DNA of 64,000 bases, taken from the NCBI GenBank assembly GCA_964016885.1, contig OZ024749.1:46314001-46378000 (forward strand), written 5' to 3'. A program made the position numbers and the translations under genes. Below, piece by piece: positions 56,815 to 64,000 of the stretch. How positions within the stretch are numbered: the first letter of the stretch is position 1; every line of letters starts with the position of its first letter. The DNA comes from Eledone cirrhosa (lineage: Eukaryota). The notes under the pieces were generated by a model. That model made no database searches, was not told where the DNA came from, and saw nothing but the letters and a program-made list of their open reading frames with translations.

Positions 56815-59324
56815 TGAGAGTTTGAGAGAGAGTCTCAATTTCAACATCAATGAAGCTATGTCTGGTAGTATAGAATTTTAAAATGTTTAATATGATTATT
56901 TAATGTTTGATAAAATTAAATGACTATTTATGAAAATAATAAAATTACACTACATTTTTTTTTAATTTGGACTAATTTGATGGTTGGAAATATAAAATTT
57001 TATTATTGCAAATCATGAAGTTATAATTTCATGATGACAAATTTACTAAAATTATGCAATTACTGTTTGGTTTCATATAATATTCTAAATTTATAATCTT
57101 TTACGATTTCCTATTTTTCAATTATATATAATTATAACATTACTGTTTGTTTTTCTATATATTAAATTTTATAGTTTTATGAAGTAAACATATTTCAATT
57201 GAATAATATGTGTTAGGTATTCAAGACCATCCTCCTCATCATCATCATCATTTTACATCGCTTTCCATACTGGCATGGGTTGGACAGCTCATCCAGGCCT
57301 GAGTCAGTTCTTCTTCAGAGATTCTGCTTTCTTAGACTGGATAGAGAAACACGTCATGCTTGTACATCCCAAATTTCAGCATGGATTTTACAGGTGGATG
57401 GCCTTCCTAATATAAACTACTTTACAGAGTGTACTTGGTGAATTTTATCATGGCATCAATACTAGTAACGTTGTCTTCAACAAAAAAATTAAGAGTTTTC
57501 TCTACCTAACATTTGATTGACTGCGACTTTACAGACTGTACTAGGTACATTTAATGTTGGTACTAGCAACAGTGGTTATCAAGTTCTTGCCAAACTAGAG
57601 TCCTCTCTACCACACAATCTCCATATGATTATTAACCTCAAACCTATTATGTAAGATTATACGTTAAATAGTGATAAAGAAGATGACAAAGTATGTTTTA
57701 TCATGGCAGGAACACTAGAGATTTTGTCATGTCCTCTATAAGACTGAAAAGTCCAATTTATCTGATATTGTTTTCATGATTTGATTTGATAGTCCTCCAT
57801 TATAACAAGTTTTTATGTTCTTAACAAGATTAAAGTCCTTTCTAACATACAGTGTTACCATTCAATTGCTCACAATTTTATAGAGTGTACTGGGTGAATT
57901 TTATCATGGCATCAGCCCAGAGAAATGTTCATGTCCTCAACAAGACTAAACAGACCTCTTCCACATCGATGCCACCACTTTATTTGAGTGTCAAAAACTT
58001 TCCAAAGTGTACAGAGTACATTTTAACATGACACCATCGATAGAGTGGTTACTTTGACCATACGAGATTAAAGGAGCCACTTCAGACATGCAGTTTTCAT
58101 TCTTTCAAGGCAAATGGGACTAAGAACAAATTAAATGAGTATCTCTGATATAAGTAACTATAAGAGAAACCGGCCAGATAAGCCCTGGCATTTGCTTGTC
58201 TTCCAGTCCCCTGCATTGAAGACTGAAGTACCGGGGTTCGTGGCTGAAGGAACTAAATGTTTATGAGGATAGAGAGTAATGGTTTGGTATAAGGGAGAGT
58301 GAGATTGGTGGATACAAGAGAAGAGGAGAAGGTTCTATTCAATACAAGCACTTGCCACTTCTTTATACAACTGCTATTCTCAATAATTATCACATGTCAT
58401 ACAGAGAGTTAATGTCTCTTTTGCACACTACATCGGATTCCAAAAATATATACAGATTATGTTTCAGCTCACTTGTGTTTTGTAGATTTTGCGCACTAGC
58501 TTTACACATTAAGTGGCTGCAGCATAAGATTTTTTAGTTCAACATGCATTTCTACTTATTCTATTTATCCATGTACCACTTTTTTTATAAAGATTCTTTC
58601 AATAACTACAATGACTGCTGCAAAACAATTGTATTAAATATGAATTTCATCTCACGGGATGTGTTATTTTTCTTGATTTCTTTTTGTAAATCAAACAGTT
58701 TATTATATCATGAATATAATAAACAAAGGAAATTATAGCATGTCGTGGAAATGTTTCAAGGTCCTGGCTGACAAAATGATGAATGCATTATTGTAGAACA
58801 AAAGTTCTCAAAGTGGGTGCTACTGCCCTGGGGGTGGGGTGGGAGTGGGGAGCATTGAGAAGGTCCAGGGTAGGCACTAGAGTCTAAGGGGATGGTAGAG
58901 ATGATATAATAGTATAGTAAATATCAAATGATAATTTAATCACATGAATGCTGAATACAATTGTTTAAGCCTAGGTCAACTCTAATTGAGTGGATTAACT
59001 ATCAACAGAATTCCTTCTGTGACTATTCCATCTTTTTATAGAGATGTTAGGTATTCCATCATATGATGTGTCGTTTTTAATATTGAAAATATTAACCACT
59101 AACCAACCTTGTCACCAACTTCAAAGGGAATGTATAGGCCATAGGTAGAGCTTCTTCCTGCAGCCCAAAGCCCACCCAAGAAGTAATAAATTAAACAATA
59201 TGGTGCAATTTAAACAACATTTTGTTGTTAATTCTAGCAGGCTTCATGACTACAAAGAGCCCCATCCCCCAATATCTTGATCTACAGAATATTTTCATTA
59301 ATGAGTACGTCTCTGAAAGAATAA

Positions 59325-59640
59325 GTCACATGGCTTAGATTAGGGTGTTTGGGTTAGGACCGTGAAGTTCCATTCACAACCCAGGCGGCATATTGTGTGC
59401 TTGATCAATACACTTTATTTCACATTCCATCAGTCCACTCAACTGGAAAAAATGAATTGTATCTGTAATTCATCCTTGTCACACATTGTTTCATATTGAA
59501 ACTCCTTGCAAAGTACAAAGTACTTAGGGGCCACATGTCTGTGGAATACTCAGCTACATGCATGTTAATTTCTTGAGAAGATATTACTGTTGATTGAATC
59601 AGCTGGAGCATTAGTTGTCGGAGTCTTAAATGATGGATAT
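59325..59640 (+). mobile_element. Old tRNA-headed SINE, family C (relatives at about 43770-44040, 51775-51855 and 52000-52250)
   Basis: Shared blocks acactttattt, cactca.ctgg, cctgtcac, tgaatctccctga and tgcatgttaatttc. Confidence 0.55.
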
Positions 59641-60086
59641 CTAACAACATGTGTGCATATGCATAATATAACATGTGTACATATGCATAATATAACAACA
59701 TGTGTACATATCATCATCATCATCATCATCAACGTTTAACGTCCGTGTTCCACGCTTGCATGGGTTTGGACGGGGGTAGTCCCACTTGAGGCAAGAGTGA
59801 TTGTCTTGCTCGCATAGGACTGTCTGGCAGGTTTTCTACAGTTGGATGCCCTTCCTAACACCAACCACATTTACATATGCATAATATAACAACATGTGTA
59901 CATATGCATAATATAACATGTGTACATATGCATATATACACAATTATATATATATAGTCAGTTACATCAGTGACATATACAGGTACTTAAGTTTCATAGC
60001 CTGTCATAATGAAACATAAGAACCTATATATGTCACAATTGTAACTGATTATACACGACACATCCTAAGGACTGAGTGTTCTAAAC

Positions 60087-60408
60087 CAGGGGTTCTCAAC
60101 CTTTTTTTCGCTGTGGACCACCAAAATAAGTAATTTTTTTCCTGTGGACCACCTAAACTTTAAAATCTTTTGTAATAGAACTGCTACTTATAAGCATCAG
60201 TAGATGTTTTTTTTAATAATGAATTAGAAAATGCTATTGTCATGTCGCAGTGCCTAAAAATCTACGCAAATAAACAGCTGAAGTCGTACTTATGCGAAGA
60301 ATAAGAACAGCGCTTTAAGTCAAATGCATGTTAGAAAATTTTCTGTGGACCACCTGAATTTTCCTGTGGGCCACTAGTGGTCCACATGGACCAGGTTGAG
60401 AACCCCTG
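60087..60408. mobile_element. hAT (Charlie-like) MITE
   Basis: 16-bp perfect TIR caggggttctcaacct, 8-bp TSD ttctaaac/ctctaaac, and subterminal tgtggaccac repeats. Confidence 0.88.
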
Positions 60409-60684
60409 CTCTAAACCTTTGGATATTCATACCAAGTTTATACTACAATATATTTATATATATGATGATGCTGATGATGATATATATATATATATATAGT
60501 TCAAGGATGAAATAACAAAGTTTATTAGTTTCACACTTGGACAAAGAGTTACATAGAAGCGGGCATTTGCCCTTCATCAAGAACAACACAAATGGTAATA
60601 TATATATATATATATATATAGTGGTAGAACACTGGAAGGTAATATCTGTAGTGGTAGAGCACTCAGTCCATGAGACAAGTTTGG

Positions 60685-60739
60685 TAGAAGTGGTTACACA
60701 ACAGTTAGTGGTGTACTAACTGTTGTGTAACCACTTCTA
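60685..60739. repeat. Perfect hairpin, 25-bp arms, 5-nt loop
   Basis: tagaagtggttacacaacagttagt / actaactgttgtgtaaccacttcta. Confidence 0.88.
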
Positions 60740-60744
60740 ACCAC

Positions 60745-60779
<35 letters not shown>

Positions 60780-60869
60780 AAAGTTTTATTTAAAATTGTT
60801 GGGTTACAACGAGTAAATATTTTATAACTGATATAAAGCACTCAACAAGTTTTGGAGTAGATATACGAT

Positions 60870-61033
60870 ATTAAACAAATGGAAACTATATTTATAAAAC
60901 CATATTTATTTCATTATACATATTTCAGGGATACCATATTAGAAATATGGCATGCCATATTTCTAATATGGTATCCCTGAAATATGTATAATGAAATAAA
61001 TATGGTTTTATAAATATAGTTTCCATTTGTTTA

Positions 61034-61035
<2 letters not shown>
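60870..61035. repeat. Perfect palindrome, 83-bp arms, no loop
   Basis: Centred on ggca|tgcc at 60952/60953 and followed by (TA)n. Confidence 0.92.
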
Positions 61036-61082
<47 letters not shown>

Positions 61083-61300
61083 TAAAATAACAGATAAAAG
61101 TTTAAGCAAAGAATCGCTACTTTCACCCTTATTGGGATTTTAGTCTTCACATTTATTATTATTACTATATATATATATATATATTTAAAAGTTAAACAGG
61201 GTTCAATGAATAAATCAAAGAATGAGTTTTACAATAGATTGACTGATACCATGACTGAATCTAAACCATCTACTATGTCAGGGTATGTCATGCATCATCT

Positions 61301-61367
61301 TATTTTATATGATGAGGACGTACTGTTGAACTTAACTCAGTACCTCTGAAATATGTATAATAAAATA
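61301..61367 (+). ncRNA. Degenerate hammerhead ribozyme motif
   Basis: Stem I TATTTTAT/ATAAAATA, core aTGATGA (C3 altered), stem II gtactg/cagtac, then T-GAAA-TATGTA-TA. Confidence 0.45.
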
Positions 61368-61597
61368 TACTTGATCACAAGAATATCTATTTTGTTAATA
61401 TTTTGAATTAATATATATATATACATTGAAATTTAAATGACATCAGTATACCATTAATATTATAACTATAATATTAATACTAATATTATATATATATTTG
61501 TTCACTGAAAAAGAGTTAGTTGACTTAGAATCAGCTGACATATATAACAGATTTCAAGCACTCAACGGTATATGTTTAACTGGAGTTTTATTATAAT

Positions 61598-61710
61598 AAT
61601 AATTGTTTCTACTTTTGGCACAAGGCCAGCAATTATCCAGTGCATTATTGGTACTTTATTTTATAGACACCGTAAGGATGAAAGGCAAAGTTAACCTCGG
61701 CGCGTTTTGA
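61598..61710 (-). mobile_element. SINE family A, 5' truncated
   Basis: Match to the 3' half of the consensus. Confidence 0.75.
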
Positions 61711-62675
61711 ATAATAAACACGAAATACAGTTATTATAGGATGGTCTAAAGTAACTGTCTATCGTTTATATATATACACACACACACAAGGACAAATGAC
61801 ACGATATTGAACATTTTAGAGCACATTATCTCAATGCAATCAACAGGGGAAAACACCTTCAATTTCAGTGATTTCTATCATGTGTTTGTTCTTTATATTT
61901 TATCTCTGTACATTTGTTAACCTCTGATACAATGAATCTTGTCTATGACCTATTATAGTGACATAATACCAATATTAAACTCACAAAATTAATAGATAAT
62001 TCATTATTATGAGAATAAAACTCGGATCGTGATATCAACGTGGCCGCTCAACAAGCTAGAAATAGCAGCCTAATCATCTTCAAATCAAACTCCACTCCCT
62101 TAAACAAAAGAGATTGCAGTTGATAATGTCATTCCACGTATTCTGATAAAAATGTAAGATGTACAGCGAAGGCATGCTTTTCATCAAAGGAAAGGTTCTT
62201 TTTTTTTTAAATATGCCGAACTTACATCTAAACACCAACAAAACATGCGCTACGTGTTAGCTGTTTCAGCTGTCATTAATTTCCAGCATTGACTATATGG
62301 TTAACAAACAGTATGAGATGGTATGAGGGAGCCGGACTTTCTTTCGTGGTGTCAATACTTCTCCAAACCACCGGACAGAACGATAAAATTACAAGGTGCG
62401 GCAATAGTTGCGATTCCTGTTACATGATATCTTCCATCAATTTTGTTGTTGTTGTTGATTTGTGGATAACTATTGTAGAATATATTAACGTTTCGGTGTG
62501 TGTGTTTTAGTATGTGTGACGGTGGGTGTCTGTATGGATGCGAATATATGTTTACGTGGATTCATTAAGATAACAGATACGAATAAATAAAGAGGTATAG
62601 CGAAAAATAAGAACAAAGAAAGAATACTGGTACCAAACAAAACATTGTAAAGTTAAGATGAATAACGTAACTTAC

Positions 62676-62772
62676 CATTCATGAAATTATAGTGGACAAA
62701 AAATTCGTCAAAGCATGGTTGTGGGCATATCAACTGGATCAAGTAAACAATCAACTGTACCGGGTCCGCCAT
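62676..62772 (-). CDS. MPDU1: MPDU1 coding exon 1 (MADPVQLIVYLIQLICPQPCFDEFFVHYNFMN)
   Basis: aaaATGG start at 62772 (a second in-frame ATG at 62778). 97 nt, ending G|GTAAG. CFDEFF..NF matches the MPDU1 N-terminus, and phase 1 joins exon 2. Confidence 0.88.
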
Positions 62773-63682
62773 TTTCATAAAATAATTTTATCATGTGTCA
62801 ATAGAGTTACCTCTCTTGAATAACAATGACAAGGGAAATAATTCTGATAAGGGAAGTAACTTTAAATATAAGGGAGAGTAAAATGCCATTGCTTTCCATG
62901 AGTGTACTCCCTCGGAATGTTATTTACACTTGGTTTGTGTATGTTTCGGAGGTTATATTTACTTCGAGATAAAATCTTATAGATGAACCGAGGTATTCTA
63001 ACCGAATCATGTGAGAGATTATGACACTAATCAACTCACTCAAAACGAATACAGCCCATCAGCTATCTACCTTACTCTGAACGCCTTGCTTACCTGGGTA
63101 CGGGTACATTAATGCTTCGATGTCTGGCACTTGCCTCGGTAGACATCCACAAAATTATTAACTATCTACCAAAAGACACATCGATTTGTATATGCGCTAC
63201 ACTTTATGTACATGTTGTTTATCGCATATCGAAGTTTTTTTTTAATATCTTCGTTTATATTTAGATAATAACAGTGTAATATATTATGCTAACCGTCATA
63301 GGTAGAAGCTCGATGCCATATAAACTTATATACAACCTATTGCTTTGTCGCTGAACATTTAGGGTTGGAGATCTCCAGCGCTCTTGGTCCCCATACCACA
63401 TCTATATTTTCTGCTATCGAGGCAGATTTGACCTCCTGCGTGAGTGATAGCCACGAGATGGAATTAATATTTCAACATGTCACCCTCGCTATCCCCCAGG
63501 TAAATGCTTCACCACTCTATTCACTGGGATCATGAGGTGTTTTGCGCCTGTTGTTCTGCAAGCCAGAAAACATTCCCATACACATTCCAAGTAACAAGGT
63601 ATACTTCGCTGATATCTATGACATCCTTCGACAGAACCACATCTATAACTTTACATTTAATATTTTCTTAGCCTCCTGGTGC

Positions 63683-63895
63683 ATTGAATTGGCAGTATCA
63701 ATGGAGCATCGGACAACATGGTTTATGGCATAGAGTTACGCCCTTTTTACGGTCTGAGTTCAAATCTTGCCGAGGTTAGCTTTGCCATTTAACGTTGCAG
63801 AGTCGCTAAAACAAAGTACCAGTAATGCACTGGGGTCGATTTAATCGACTTTCCCCTCCCTCAAATTGTTGGCCTTGTGCCTAAATCAGAAACCA
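63683..63895 (+). mobile_element. SINE family A (longer variant)
   Basis: Consensus match, including the extra ggggtcgatttaatcgact segment seen in older copies. Confidence 0.75.
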
Positions 63896-64000
63896 ATATT
63901 TTCTTATCCCCCGAAAAGATACAAAATGTGCGACGAAAACTACAAGTGTTATGTACGCAAAGCTTGTAACTATAGAGCTGACTGTCACAAATGATTCTCT

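Noticed and set aside
63000-63680. Divergent neighbouring gene at the window end
   Set aside because: No convincing ORF, splice pattern or recognisable domain.

Overview
AT-rich, microsatellite-saturated animal genomic DNA. The SINE families and the (TA)n/(CA)n/(GATA)n density resemble an octopod cephalopod, but that is an inference. Nearly all ORFs in the track are translations of simple repeats. One host gene is well supported: MPDU1 (PQ-loop protein), minus strand, five GT-AG exons (62772-62676, 53331-53266, 51662-51530, 41994-41790, 34773-34537; 738 nt, 245 aa + stop). The rest is mobile DNA: a 5'-truncated Tx1-like LINE with an open RT ORF plus two more 3' fragments of that family, over 20 tRNA-derived SINE copies, piggyBac- and hAT-type MITEs, and RTE and R4-like relics. 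Most notable: (1) several (TA)n-embedded islands carrying minimal type-I hammerhead ribozyme motifs (Penelope-like), often as fold-back palindromes whose turn lies inside the ribozyme, four of them sharing an unusual U/U pair at the base of stem II; (2) all three Tx1-like copies sit in (TATC)n context, and two of them show 3'UTR stem-loops with compensatory changes; (3) a partial tandem duplicate of MPDU1 exon 3 fused to a SINE, forming a phase-compatible candidate alternative exon. All alignments were done by eye, and repeat boundaries are approximate.
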